DNA of 64,000 nt. Origin: Takakia lepidozioides. Taxonomy: Eukaryota; Plantae; Bryophyta. The stretch is from positions 46,190,001 through 46,254,000 of the forward strand of contig CM060733.1 in NCBI GenBank assembly GCA_030704615.1. The letters are read 5' to 3'. The notes under the pieces are model-generated. The model was not told where the DNA came from and searched no databases. It was given only the letters and a program-made list of their open reading frames with translations. Made by a program: the position numbers and the translations under genes. Below, piece after piece: positions 23,870-37,928 of the stretch; position 1 is the stretch's first letter; each line of letters begins with the position of its first letter.

Positions 23870-25637
23870 TTGTTGTCGCCATCGTCTGCTCCGGGTCCGA
23901 TTGGTTAATCCATAGATTGATTGAAACTTGAAAGGTTATTTGTATATACCCCACCCTCACCCCTCATGCATCATTCTGCTCATACTACACGGACACACAC
24001 ACACACGTAAGAACTACAAAGGCTGCTGTGAAGACGATGAGGAGCAGTGATGTTGCTTGTTGATGCTCAAGAGAGCAACCGCCCAAAAAGCTTGTCCTCA
24101 TCTCTCACACTGGAATGATGGGCTGCAGCCATGGCCGGTGTGGGATGCGCTGCGAGCTGTCTGTGACAGAGTGCTGGAAAGCCTGCTGCCCAAGTCAACA
24201 GCCATGCGCGACACAGCTTCACAAGCATGTGGGTGTATATAAGTTAGCCTGATGATGTACTTACAGTGATCTACCCTCTGCCCGAATAGCATCTTGCAGG
24301 CAGAATTATTCATGTACGAGAAGGAGGCCTCCAATCTCCAGTACAAAATCTGGGTCTCGCACAAACAAACAAGTTGGGGTACGCTCCACTGGCTGTCTGT
24401 AGGTACCGATATCGATGATTCCATATCTACCTGCTTGCCGCCGATGTGTGAGTGTGGCACCTTCAAAGTTCAAATTGCAATCACGTGGGGAGATGAGTGC
24501 GAGGCACTGGTACCAGACACGATTTTGGGCAACCGCCAGTGTGTGAGATAGCGGCGCCTGCCACTAACGGTCTGGCAGCATCCCGGGCTATCTGCAGCTC
24601 TGTCCAGTGTGGACATCATGTACTATCTGGCCAGGCCAACACTCAGATGCGTGCCTCGGACCTCCCCCAGTAGATGTCTGATTCTATTCATCTTAACTTA
24701 TCGGTACTTCTGGCATCTTTACCTCTATCAACATTGAATGCGATTCAATCACTCAATCATTTATAGACAATGGTAATGAAAAACCATGATCTTATAATAG
24801 CAAACTGGCAAGCCTTAATGGCAGACTTGGTTTCTTCCAGCAATAGCCTATGATGTCATCTACCCCTCAGTTCGCAGGGCCCGCATGCATTGAGCGCTTG
24901 CTATCCCATTCAACAACACCCAGGTTGTATATAAGAAGCTATCCTGCAATCTGGGGGCACATACAAATCTGGTGATGACTTGGAATAGAAAACTCGTGAC
25001 CAATCCACCACCCACCTTTCACGGAGTGATTACGACATATGAGCGTAGTATGCATGAAGGAGTAGGGGAATTAAAAAAGGCTTGCGTTTAAGTTTAGTAC
25101 ATACGCTAGTTGTTAGGCTGTGATGCAGGTCCGAGGAAGGTGTTTTGAGGTGGGTACAGTACAGACTACAGACTGTAGAAAAAATCGGAGTTTGGAAGAG
25201 GCGTATGCAGATGGCTCCCATGCACGACGGGATTGTATATCGGGATGTGAACCTCATGACCCCATCTTTCCTCTTCTCAGAGCGCCGCCTTCCAGCGCGA
25301 TTGCCTTAAATCCACAGTAGCTGGCCAGTGGAGAGAATGTTGCAGGGCCTTAATGTAGGCTAGATGGATAGAAAGTTCAAGTCACATCTGTGGCTTTCAC
25401 TGCGGACGCTCTCTCTCTGTGCAGAGCAAGCAGAGAAAGTCCGAGGTACATCTCTTTGCGGTTTCTTCTTGAATGATTCCGAGCACGGTTCTGGTGCTAG
25501 CAATCCATCTGCGGCCTGTAGCAGGTCCAAGGGGAGCAATGCAGCAATTGAAATGGTGGGCGCACTGCCTGGTACTGCGCACAGTGCCACAGTCGTTCCT
25601 GACCCGGGAATCGCCCATCCGGCCTCAGGAGGTCGGC

Positions 25638-28600
25638 ATGGAGGAATTACCGCTGCGCCCATCCCTGCCCCACCATCCCAGCACGCCTCCCTTGTCCTGC
25701 AAAGCGTACTCAAATGGCATTTTCGTCGTGCTGGGTGCGTTGATGCTGGGTGTACTCGTCACGCTGGTGAACAGTCTTGTAGCAACCTGGCCCGGGGTAG
25801 CCAGCGTAAGTTTGCATTCTATCTCGACTTCTGCCTGAGCTGCTGAGAGTGCCTGCATCTTTTGGAATGCAAAATGTCTGCAGTTTTGGAAAGCACCAGT
25901 GTCACCTTTACTGAATGGCCTGCTGTGTCCTCCTTTCCTGTAGCACCCATGCAAGTACCTCGTATCTTTGCGCCTCAGATTGCAAATGTATGAAATTGGG
26001 AGAAAGCTTTACCATTCCCAATCTGTCGGACTCGGGAGAGGTGGTAGCCATGCGACGCAAGGCCGATGTAGTGGAGTACGTGGGCTCCATAACCATTTTT
26101 GTATCGCGCTGGTGTGTATCTACAGGAGCACCATTGGCAGCGAGCATTCGTGGAAATATTGAGCAACACGAGCATCAGAGACCACCTCCGTCATCTCACC
26201 AAGGAGCCCCATGTTGCCGGCACGCCCGAGGATTTCGCATCGGCTCACTATGTGTTATCGACGTTCGAGGCATATGGGCTTCCTGCTCACTACACAGACT
26301 ATGATGTGCTCCTGTCCTTCCCTCTTCACCGCTCTCTTGTTCTCAGCAGCCCCAATGTAGAGCCCATTCAGCTGTCCTTGCAAGAGAAGCCCGTGGCGGT
26401 TGAGTCTTACAGTAGTAATCCAAGGGTAGTGCCAGCGTTTCATGGGTATGCGCCTTCCGGAAATGTGAGCGCAGAGGTAGTGTATGCCAACTACGGAAGT
26501 GAGGATGACTTCCGGACTCTTGCAGCTCTGGAGATCGACGTGAAAGGTGCAATTGTGATTGCGAGGTACGCACAAGTCTACCGAGGAGCCATTGTTGAGA
26601 ATGCTGCCAAGGCTGGGGCAGTGGCTGTTATCGTGTACTCGGACCCGCAAGATTATGGAGCTAATCAGACCCAAGGGTTCTACCCAGATTCGCGGTGGCT
26701 GCCCCCCAGCGGCACCCAGCGTGGGTCTGTGTTTCGTGGAGTAGGTGACCCCTTGACGCCGGGCTGGCCTAGCACCACCATTGCTGAGAGGTTGGCGGTT
26801 TCCAATCCCCACACGATGCTGCCCACTATTCCGTCACTGCCCATTTCAGCCGAGGATGCTCTACCCATTCTAGCGTCTCTTGATGGTCCTGTTGCCCCTT
26901 CTGGATGGCATGGAGCTCTTGATTTGCCTGCGTACAAGCTTGGCAGAGGGCCTGGAGTGTTGAATCTCTCTTACTTGGTAGGTGATCTTGTTTTTGATGT
27001 CTCCCGGCTTCTTCTGGGTTTGGTAAGCCGCGGATTGTGGTGACAGGAGCAATCGGGAAACAGTTTGTTTCATTCCCTCTTTCACCTCCGTGCTTGTGTG
27101 GTAGATCAGCTCGATCTTATTGAAATTTTGGCTTTAGATCTCAATATGGTGTAGCCTTTTCTGACGAACTACTGCGCAAGCTGCTACAGTGCTGAAGAGC
27201 GAATTTGGTTGGGTGTCTTGGCAGGCAAACCTGACGGTGATGCCCATCCGCAATGTGTTTGCTGTCATCAAGGGGGCAGAAGAGCCAGACAGGTATTGCT
27301 TTTGTACTCTCCCCTGGTTTCATGTGGTGGGACTTGGTGGTAGTGTTAAAATATCGTGATGGTTTCTGGTTTGTTTTGCACATCCCCAAACTCCATTTTT
27401 GAGACACTGCCCAAGGTACTTCAGTTTGTTTTGGTCGTCTGAATTCAACTTCCAGCACATGGTGCCAGAGGAGTTTTACCTTCTTCATTGTAATGTATTC
27501 AAATATAGTTTTGTAATCCTCCACGCCTGAGCTAACATTTTGGAACTCAAAGAGCTCTATGTGTAAACTCATGAATGTTAAAGTGCAGAATGTGGGTATA
27601 ATTAGGTTATGTCTGTCTAATTGCACAGTTTTGAATACTACTGTCCACAGATCTTGAGATGGTGACCTTTATTGTAGTCAGGTTGTCTTAAATTTCAAAT
27701 TGTAGATGCTGAAGATTTCAGTGTGTGCACTCTATGTGAATTTGGGGTCATGTTGCGAACTGCACATATCCCACAGATCCAATTCTTACTTCTACTTTTG
27801 ATTTGTTTGACACAGCTCAATTTTGTTTGATTTCTTAACTGGCCCCTAATGTTTGGTGATAAAGCCCTAGTTTGTCTTTTTCTCTTGTAACTCTATAGTA
27901 AAATTATCAGATGGAGGAGGGTCCTCTAAGATCAGGTGAAGTGGTTTATGCAAGAAAGCCTGACTAGTGGAAGGAGTTGATGGCTCTTGCAGCTGATATG
28001 CTTCAGGAAATCAACACAATGCAGTATAGTTTACCTTTGGCCGAAACTCACATTTGTGCCATTTACTGCAATGCTGAGGCCTGATATATGTTCTGTTTCA
28101 CTTGGGGTTGGTTAGGTATGTGCTTCTGGGGAATCATCGGGATGCCTGGACATTTGGGGCAGTGGATCCTAGCAGCGGTACAGCGGCTCTCCTTGAGGTC
28201 TCCCACTTGACATACTGTGTTCTTACTCGCTTGTGTGGGAACTCACACTTGTCTTTGATGGCAGCATGCAGTTTGTCCTTTCTTTTGCCCTTCTCTAAAA
28301 ATCATTTCTACGGCAAACAAGGTGTTACTAGTACATTCTCTGAAAATTAATGTCAGGTGTTTGGATGAGATGTTTAGTGTGTATATCGTCCTTGAAACTT
28401 GGTTCACAAATGTAGTCAATGGCCTTTGTGCTCTTCTGGGGATGAGGGGATGATTCACTTTTCAGTTTGCTCTGTGGATTGACACCTTGAGAGGTTGTAG
28501 TAGAGCTGAAAGCAAAACACTCACCAAAACACTCTTTCAGGCTGTCATCCAGGCGTGATAGCTTCACTATTTTCATCATGCTTGGGCCTTGGTCTCTGTA

Positions 28601-31600
28601 GTTCTCATAGCATCATCACCTTCAATATGCTTGCGCCCTGGTCTTTGCGATCAATTGGCCCTTGACTCATCAGATCAGTAATGCAGCTAGGTTACTTTGT
28701 TGGCAGCTAGCAAGAGGGCTGGGAAAGCTTGTAAGAAAGGGCTGGAAACCACGACGAAGCATCATATTATGCAGTTGGGATGCCGAAGAGTATGGCCTGG
28801 TTTGTTCTTCACCTTCTTTTGGTGCCTCCCTCTTACCATGAATGGGGGGCTATGCTTTCAGAGAGGTGGCTATTTTGGATACCAACTGCAGAGGTTATCA
28901 GTATGAAATTTGCTGAATAAGATGTGGGAAGCTGGTGCCCGAAACAAGGAGCAAGGGTATTATCTCAGCTGCAAGTTTGTACTGGAGAGAATGAATGTGA
29001 AGTTACAGCTAGAGGGTGTGAAATTGAGTTGGTGCAGGTGGGGTCAACAGAGTGGGTGGAGCAGAATGTTGACATACTGGGTGCAAGTGCAGTTGCATAT
29101 CTAAATGTTGACTGTGCCGTGGCTGGCCCTGACTTCTTTGTAGCATCCTCACCCCAACTAGATGGCCTTCTGCAGGACATCACCAAGGAGGTCAGCTATT
29201 CGTCTTTTTTTACATGCGTTCCCCTGCATCAGTTTCCAGGCAGTTCCCAAGTCTTCTGTGTTTTAGCATGGTTCTTGGAGAGGGCTGATGTGTTCTGATT
29301 GGCAGGTGAAGGATCCAGACTCAGAGGGGCGTACTGTGTATGATACCTGGGTGGCTTCCAGCAAGGGATCTACTCCTGCTGTATGTAACTGCAAGTAATC
29401 CTTGCCCAGTTTTATTCTATAGCTGCCGATTGTGGACCCACTACAGAGTCTTGCCTCTCATAACTTTTTAGTGGATTTAAAGAATGAAATGGGTGGGAGT
29501 GCGTGCACAGGTTAGTTGTCAACTTACAGATATCCAAGCAGTCAATAAGCTTCTCCATGGGAATAGATTACCACTGCACACACTTCCCATAATTAGTGTT
29601 ATGGATAGCAGCATGAGTGCTCGATGTTGTAAGGTATTTGTGGCTTGATGCCAGTTAGCTTCATGGTGGCTGAGGCTTGATCACTGTCCCTGTTTGTGGG
29701 CTGAGGACCACCCCCCTCCAACACAACAAGCATGGTAAGAAATAGTAAGAAATTTATGGTGTGCAGATTGACAGGTTAGGTGGTGGGGGTTCCGACTTTG
29801 CAGCCTTTCTGCAGCATGCAGGCGTGCCAGCCATGGATCTCTATTTTGGTGATGGTTAGTTCTCTCATCCCTGGACTCTTTGGAAACGTGTATCTTTAGT
29901 GTGGCTGTTGATTGAGAGGGATGCCAGATCTGTGCTGGAGATGCTGCTAGTATCCAGATGATAGGATGTTACTTGAGACCTGGCTCAGGGTTCTATGTCC
30001 AGGGCAAGGCACTGTGTTCAGATTGGATGAGGGTCTAGTTTCCGTGGCAGGAGGCAGCTCTTTTTTGAAGTACCCATGGGTGGGATGCATGGTGTAGGGG
30101 AAGACAAAAGAGAGCAATGTTTTGTTGGCTATAAACTGCTTGTTTGCAAATCGGAGATATGTGAGGCTCTCAAGGGTGAAACTGAATTCAAGCTTAATAG
30201 TTGGATGGAAATGGTGTAACACATGTCTCACTCCATCTCACTTCAATTGACAGACTACCCAGTGTATCACTCTTTGTACGACAACTTCTATTGGATGGAG
30301 AAATTTGGAGACCCACTATTCCAACGCCATCTAGCTGGTATTACAGAACTCAAGTGGTTTTTGGTTGTGTGACTTGTTGATGGTGCCTGATGAAGTAGGA
30401 TAGGTGCTGCTGATGGAAGTATACTGTGTACTCAGGGCTCTTGAGAAAGGGTGCTGAAAAGATTTAATGCGCTGTACAACACTACAGAGGCGAGGTGTCT
30501 CTAAGGGCTGTTTTAGTAGCCACGTCAATTGATTTAGTAGCCACCAAGTTCCTCCTAGGTGTAAGCCGACATGGTTATAAAGCATTGTGCATGCGTGTGT
30601 TGAGCTTGTGTAGTGCTGACTGGTGCATTTTGTGCAGTGACATCACTATGGGGTCTGATAGCAATGCGGCTAGCTAATGATGCTATGTTGCCCCTGGACC
30701 ACCTTGCATATGCAACTGAGCTCCAGGTAATGTTTAGCCACGCTTCAATTGGAACTGTGCAAGAGTTTTGAGTGTGTCAGGTTGCATTTTGTCTTGGATT
30801 GTTCCGGAGTTGTAACTGCTCTCCTTCAGTGCTAGAATTTATGAAAGAAAACTGGGACGTTGATTTTTCTTCTAATGAACCGCTTCTCAGCTTGAAGGGG
30901 TATGGCCACGTCTAATACTGGGTACTGTATGTGGCCAGATGTATGCGAAGGCAACAGAAAAAGAATTGATCGCTGCCAAGGCTCCCGAGTATGTATCAAC
31001 TTCCCCACTTTTTTCAGCTATCACAGAATTCAGACGGGCTGCCCTTCACATGCGGCATGAGTTGCAGGTAGCTTCGTCACTTTATTGCCAATTTGTGATT
31101 GTCCTCATCTTCTGTGCATGCAATTTTCTCAGGCAAGCAAGAAGAAGATTGGTCATGTAATGTGCGGTTGAGAGTTCTCACGCACAGGTTCTGGGCTCCC
31201 ATGTATTTGGGGTCCACTGGCATTCAGAGGCGCTTTCTGGTTGCTAAAAGTCTGCTTTGTTGCTATTCCAGTGGGATTGCAATTCTTCTGAAGGGTTTTG
31301 CTCAATTGTATGGATATGTAAAAGCAACACGAGGAAAAGTCCGTCTGTAAGCTATTCCCTGATACCATGATTCTCAATCAATGGTAGTTTCTTCACATCG
31401 AGATCTGCAAGAATATCCATTTAGTGCAACATAAGGTGGCAGTGCCATGCATGCTGATGCGTGGTAGCAACTGGATGGAGAGAGTGCAGGCTCTATCTGA
31501 GGTGCAGCAGGCCTCAATGCCGTACATGCTGCAGAGACAAAGGGAGCTAAACAACCGGCTACTGATGGTGGAGCATGCATTCCTGGATAGTGAGGGACTC

Positions 31601-32180
31601 AATGGAAAGCCTTGGTACAAGCATCTGGTAAGCCTCAGAGTATTCACACCAAATAATGAGGTGAAGCGTTCTGTTGGTCTGATGGACAGACTTTGGGAGG
31701 AAGTGATTCCCTGTTAAGTAAAACTTAGATGGACCTGAACCTCACAACAGCAACAGAATCTTTTCAATGAAAGCTCAAAGTTAATTGTGCTTGCTTTACA
31801 TTAGCCGGAGATCTGGATAGTCTTTGCGTGGAATAGAGCTGCATATTTCTTACACAGTTTGCAGGATTGTAACTTTCTCCTGACTAGTGATGATAAATGA
31901 GTGCAGGTGTTGAGGTGTAGGTATAAAAGTGAGAGCTTGTTGGTGAGGTGGGCTTGTTCAGATCACAAGAGAATCTGGATGGTTGCAGATATTTGGTCCA
32001 GTTACGAACAAACATTATGGCTCGTCATCATTTCCGGGCATCTTGAATTCAATGACAAAAATTACGGCAGAAAGCATTGATGATGCAGGGCAGCAGTGGG
32101 AAGCAGTTCAACATGAGATATGGCGCGTTTCCCGGGTTATTGTACGTGCAGCCCGGGTCTTACATGGCTCCCTGACATAG
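25638..32180 (+). CDS. Glutamate carboxypeptidase II-like protein (AMP1/LAMP1 family, peptidase M28), ~13 exons
   Basis: Exons ~25638-25805 (TM anchor [15 protein letters not shown]), 26126-26977 (PA domain; [20 protein letters not shown]), 27225-27292, 28116-28197 (GNHRDAW), 28707-28799 (WDAEEYGL), 29038-29190 (YLNVD), 29306-29380, 29768-29855 (GGGSDF), 30254-30337 (YHSLYD), 30638-30726, 30939-31067, ~31426-31627 and ~31989-32180. GT-AG boundaries. Confidence 0.93.
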
Positions 32181-33806
32181 CATCTGATGACCTATTTCTT
32201 CCAGCCCAAAGCCCGAGTTAAGCATGTTTGAGGACCTTGGATGGAAGTAGCAGGCAAGCCCTTCTGTCTTGATGCAATTTTGATCTTGGTTAATTCCTGT
32301 CAAACGGGAAGAGGATTGTGAATGGGCATTGCTTTCCCCGGGTTGTACTCAGTTTTTGGCAACATTTCAATTCATATCATGCAACAAGCACAAGAATGGA
32401 AAGATAGCGAGGATCAAGTGGGCAAAACTGTTGCACCCCTGTATATCATAGAACTTTTGAGACAGAGACAAGTAAAGCAAAAGCCAGAGTGTACCAGACA
32501 CGCATGAGCAGTGTGTTATGGCAGCGGCAGGTAGGGCTTTCAGAGTAGCTGTCCCTGTACACTATCTTTGGATTAAAGTTTTTCACAACCAAATCCCAGA
32601 GGTCTATTGAATAACCCCTCCAATGCAGCTGATGTTAAGCCGTGTGCTTGGCTTTGTGTTGTGTTGTGAGATGATATCATTATGCATGTTGTTGAGTGCA
32701 ATGGGAGAGAGGTCTTCCCCAACTACGGGGCTCGCAGAATAATTGATGGTTTAACAGTCCTTGCGTTCTCTTCCTCTGCTTATACCTCTCAGTTACCAGT
32801 CTCTTCTAGCAACTAAGCTGCAGTCAACCAGCGTATTCTGGAACTCTGCACCTTATGCCATGAGAGCAGATCCCCCTACTGTTACTAATGACATTCTTTG
32901 TATGGTGATTCTGAAGACAAGAATACCATGGAAACTGCAATTTTCAAGTTCCCTTGCTGAAGCTTAGTGCATATCCACTCTTCAGCAATGGCAGGGCCAA
33001 TAACTGGCTGGTGCCAGACATTTAGGGTCAACAACACTGTAGTTTTCAAAGAATCTACCCTGTTGAAGGAGGCATAGAAGAAGTGTTTTGTGATTTAACT
33101 TTGCTTTAATTTTCTTTTTGGTAAAAGAGAACAGAGGCTGTGTGAAATCGATAGGAATAATGTAAGAACTTTGCCAGCATGCTCTCGGTATAGGTGTCAA
33201 ATCTTCCGCACCCCTCTTATCCCGGGCTCACTAAAGATTTTAGAATGCTAATGGCTGTTGTGTTACACCGAGTAGCTGCTGATAAGGTGCTGGTAGACAG
33301 ATGCAGGGTACTATTTCTGTTGGATTGCTTAGTCCATATCCTCTCTCTATCATACCACTTGAGAACGCAAACTGGAACAAGGACCATACCATTGACTTGA
33401 GACTGAGCCATGTGAGCAGCAGTTTGTATACCGTTTGCCACTATAAATGTGGCCTCAATTGAATTGTGTGATACCTTTCATCCATGAGTTAGACTTGAGG
33501 AGATTGCCCCTAGATGCCAAAGTCTGTTCTCTTTTACGAGAACTCGAGAAATTGGTAATAGAGAATAGCACACATAAACATGTAGAGTCACAAAAGATGT
33601 CCTTCTCTCTCATGGCATGTGGCGGTATGATAGAAAATCAGAATACCGATCTTCAAACAGCCCTCAAAGTGCTAAAAATAAGAGATGAAACTGCTGTCGA
33701 CATGGTAGATCATCAAGTCAGGCAGGCACCCATGCATGTCTACACTTATCTGCTCAGCCTGAATTAAGCTCCCAGGACCAGCATTGCTCAGGTGTACAGA
33801 GAAAGA

Positions 33807-35926
33807 CTAGTCCTCGGAAGGGCTGGGACTCCCATCTTCAAAAGGAGATATTTGCTTCTTGACTGGACTTTCCTCGTAAATATAGACTCCTGGACTGTCG
33901 TTGAGGTTCACGTCACGTATAGGTGAGCTTTGACTATCATCCAGAGGTGACAGGCTCCGACTAGCACACACAGGACTATGACTAGGGCTTGTACCATTGC
34001 CGAGGATGCTGCCAGACCGGTTGCGCTCTGCTTTGAGCAGAGGGCTGTGAGTCAAGCTCCTGCTTTTGCTTTGGGTTGATCTCTTCCACAGTTCCTCTTT
34101 TACTGGGCTATAACTCCCCCTTCTTGCTGGGGACCGGCTGCTCAATCCAGGCAAAAATACACAAAATGTAAATCGGATTGTGATCTTATACCTCTTAACC
34201 GAAGGTCACTCAAATATGGTAATTCAGGAACTGCAGCATTTGCAACTAAATTACCACAATTAAGTATCAAGTGTGGAAGGACAGACCTGTAGCTCTGACT
34301 TCTGCTGCGAGAAAGGCATTTGTGACTTCTGCTGTGACCTCTAGGAGATCGTGACCGTGAGCGCGATGGACTGCCATCATAAAGTATCAGAACTTCAGTC
34401 GTTTGTCACAAGTTTGCATCCATTAGTGAAGTACGCTGTAACAAAAAAGCTCTAAGCACTGAAACCCATGGACATATACCTGCTGGTTGGCTTGGGACTG
34501 TTGCGGCAGTTGCGTTCTATGTGCCCACGTTGGCCACACCGGTAGCATTTGTTCCTCCAGTCCCCAGCTTTACAGTCTCGAGCCCAATGGCCATCATTGC
34601 CACAGTTGTAGCAGCGCCCTGTTCCAGGTGGTGGACCTCTTCCCAGGTATTCACGGGCCCCACCAGGACCTCGAGGCCCCTGTATTCCACGCATAAATAT
34701 CAGATATTGTGTGAAACCTGTTGATATTTAGAAATGGACATCAAATTTAACACAACTGTCTGTTTCCAGCTGCTGATTCATAGAAGCAGAATCCTGGCGA
34801 GAGTGTATCACCATGTACATCGAAGAATTATAACTGTTCCATAACGTGCACTCACCTTCCTTGCAAACTCGACTATAAGACGGTTGCCATCAAAATCTTT
34901 GCCGTTCACGTAATGCCTTGCATCATCAGCATCCCGAGCATCAGTAAACTCCTGCAAATACCAACAGCTACTACCAGTTGAGGGAATAGGAACCTCCTCC
35001 ATTAAGTTTTGCAAGGCAGTAACATGACAATCACTGTGATAGACACTAATCAAAATTTTCCCTTTGCAATCGTCAGAACTCTCCACACTGCACCCAGACC
35101 AGTGACGGTGAGATGTCTCAAAGAAGCCACTAAATAGCATAATACATCAGAGTAAGCAAGACATCAGGCATGGTTTAAACTAAGTAGTGTCCTTATGAAG
35201 GATATGACAGCAACATAACAAATCTTGAGTTAAAAAGAGATAGTACACACAACGAAAGCGAAGTCGTGCTTCACATCCACGTCTCGAATTCTGCGGAAAG
35301 GTGCGTCAAAAAAGAGCAGCGCACCACGTCAAGGCATGACACGAGACACTGCGTGTCAGTGGAATCACACACCATTTTCCTTCCAACCTCGCCATTCCAT
35401 GTACGTATGTAGGCCCATTTACACAAACACAGATGCACGCCTACGATGCGCCTGTCTCCCATTTTACCTTCACGAGCATGGGCCACCAATGCCACTCTCT
35501 CACCATAGACCTCCAGGCTAGGCGAGAGCCCACCAACCTTCAACAACATCATGCAATATAATTCTTAGCCCTACCCACATCAGCCTTGGGTGGCCCTCAG
35601 AGATAGAACCCCTCATGTCTAAACACTAGCAACGACTATATCTGCGCAGATCCTCCATTACACCTTGCCGACTGTGCAACTGCAGAACTTCCAGTAAGAC
35701 ATTTAGCAACATGGAATATCATGCATAACTCGTAAGCAGGGCGAGGCGCATCCTACCTTCCATACTTGGCGAAAAGATCCTCCAAATCACGAGTCCTTGT
35801 TCGGGTCGACAGGCGACCTACATACAAACGTGTTGCACCCTCATCTCGATCATTGCGTTCACCTCGGTCACCTCTAAAGTCGCGTCGGTCGCCTCGATAA
35901 TCACCTCGATAATCAAGACGAGACAT
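33807..35926 (-). CDS. RS2Z: SR splicing factor of the plant RS2Z subfamily (RRM, two CCHC zinc knuckles, RS/SP-rich tail)
   Basis: ATG at 35926, MSRLDYRGD...[25 protein letters not shown]; exon [13 protein letters not shown]; [32 protein letters not shown]; [14 protein letters not shown] and [14 protein letters not shown]; SP-rich C-terminus. Confidence 0.92.
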
Positions 35927-36969
35927 CCTGACCAGCTTCACCACGTCGTCTAGTGTAACAGAGCAAAACCAGAACAATTATGTAAGCACATTAAGAAGTA
36001 CAGACTGTCGTTCAACAATCTCACCCATCAAAAGCTTTGCCTCCTCAATATGGAACGTCCTCAAACCAACACATTTGAGGCAAGATATGATACTTCTATC
36101 AGAGCTGCAAGACATTATGCTCTCCATGCACGTACGGCCATTGGCAGGGTAGACCAAACTCAACCTGAACAAGGCCTCCGATGGATACACATTCTTGCTA
36201 CTACTACCTTATGACAAGTTAAATTCACGAAGTTCGAATAGCTTGCTCAGAACAATGCAACAGCATCTGTTCAGTTCACGGCAAAGGCCATCCTGTCACT
36301 TTCCTCCTCCACAAATTCACAAAATTCCAGATATCTACACAACTGACTAGGCCCAAGCAATTTGCGGCCAACACAGTCAAAATCCCGCAGGTCGCATCCA
36401 GATGCATCCCACTCTTACGAATTTCAATGTAATTTGATCGGTTTTCCCGTCAACTACCATCGTCTGTGCCTCGACTACACTTCACTCATGCTGCTGCCTC
36501 CTTACATGCTGCTCAATTGAGCCCTAAATGACTCTCGATCGACACTCTCTCCTATCCCACACTAAGCCAAGATCACATCCACATCCCCGCAACATGTCGA
36601 CGACTCACCTGACGCACTGCACTCGAATTGTTGAGAAGCGAGGCCGATGCAAAGCAGCTCCAGCAACAAGGCCGCCATAGCCCCGAGCTTGCTTCCTGCA
36701 ACTGCCCGCCTCGCATCTCCACCGTCCAAACGTGGGCATCCAACGACCTTCGGTCATTTTCGGGGAACAAAGAGAAAAACAGTTGAGTTGTGGCATTTCT
36801 AGTTACCTGCCATTGATCACCTATCCATCCATCCATCCACCTATCTCTCTACGTAATTATCATCCATCCATCAGCAAGTTCATCCATCCATGACGATCCC
36901 CCAACCCTAACCCTATTTTTTGGTGCTCCCTCTCGAGTCTGCATTCGAAGGGACAGAAGTTAGAGAGCT

Positions 36970-37928
36970 ATGGAGGCAGGCGATCTGGAGGGGCTTGAGG
37001 AGGCGGACCAGCAACGCATGTTGACTATGATCGATCACCTGCAAGTCCGTGACAGGTCCCTTCCCTCCGCATTCTGCTTTTGTCCTGGCTAGAAATTCTT
37101 CTCGAGTTGTAGGAATATGAAATTGCGAGTTGACGGTTCGGCCCTCCCATTGATTGCTATGCAGTAGATCAGTAGAGCCGTCTGTATGAGAATTCATGTG
37201 TGGTTCGGGTGGGTTCTCGTTGATTTCTCACACTTCTGTCTGTTCTATCAAGTTACAGTTCCGACTCCTGGCTGAATCCTCTCCCACGCTTTCCGTTTAC
37301 TGAGCCACGCCTCTTAGAGCAGCCCGGTGCCGCGCACTTGTAATTAGCTTACAGGTATTAGAGATCTTAGTTGGTTTTCCCTCTTATCAAGAACTAGGCC
37401 GTGGGCCCTTGCTTGTACAAACGAAGTTTTTGAAATTTCTGTGAATAGAGTTCAAGCAAAAGCACAAGCAACAGCACGTCTGAACTGGCTGGATTTCTGT
37501 CACGATTGAGACTGAAGAGAGAGAGAATCATAATAAGTATCTGTCTGACGCTAATGCGTTGAAGCTAGTGTTTTGACTAGACATTGCTGAATTGTAATGG
37601 TAACTAAGCAGTGCAGTCGACTTAACGTTTTGTGGTGGAGGAGCAAAATTTGCGGGTTTCTTTTTTTTCCTCTCGGTTGGGGCTCTGGACGGAGACATGC
37701 TTATGTATGTTGGTGATGGGGGTTGTCATTGGGGGAGGCAGCTTGAAGATGTACAATTCACTGGTAGAGAGATGCTTCTGTAATTGTGTGGAGAATTTCC
37801 GAAGGAAGAGTCTGGACAAACAAGAGGAGACCTGTGTACGGAGATGTGCTGAAAAGTACTTGAAGCATTCCATGCGCGTCAGTATGCGCTTTGCAGAGCT
37901 CAACCAGGCCAGCCCTACCCCTGATTAG
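36970..37928 (+). CDS. TIM9: Mitochondrial import inner membrane translocase subunit Tim9 (2 exons: 36970-37055, 37742-37928)
   Basis: MEAGDLEGLEEADQQRMLTMIDHLQVRDS|LKMYNSLVERCFCNCVENFRRKSLDKQEETCVRRCAEKYLKHSMRVSMRFAELNQ, with a twin CX3C motif. Confidence 0.93.

Noticed and set aside
24057-24700. Possible degraded protein-coding gene
   Set aside because: Protein-like composition but no recognisable motif and in-frame stops; cannot be supported without a search.
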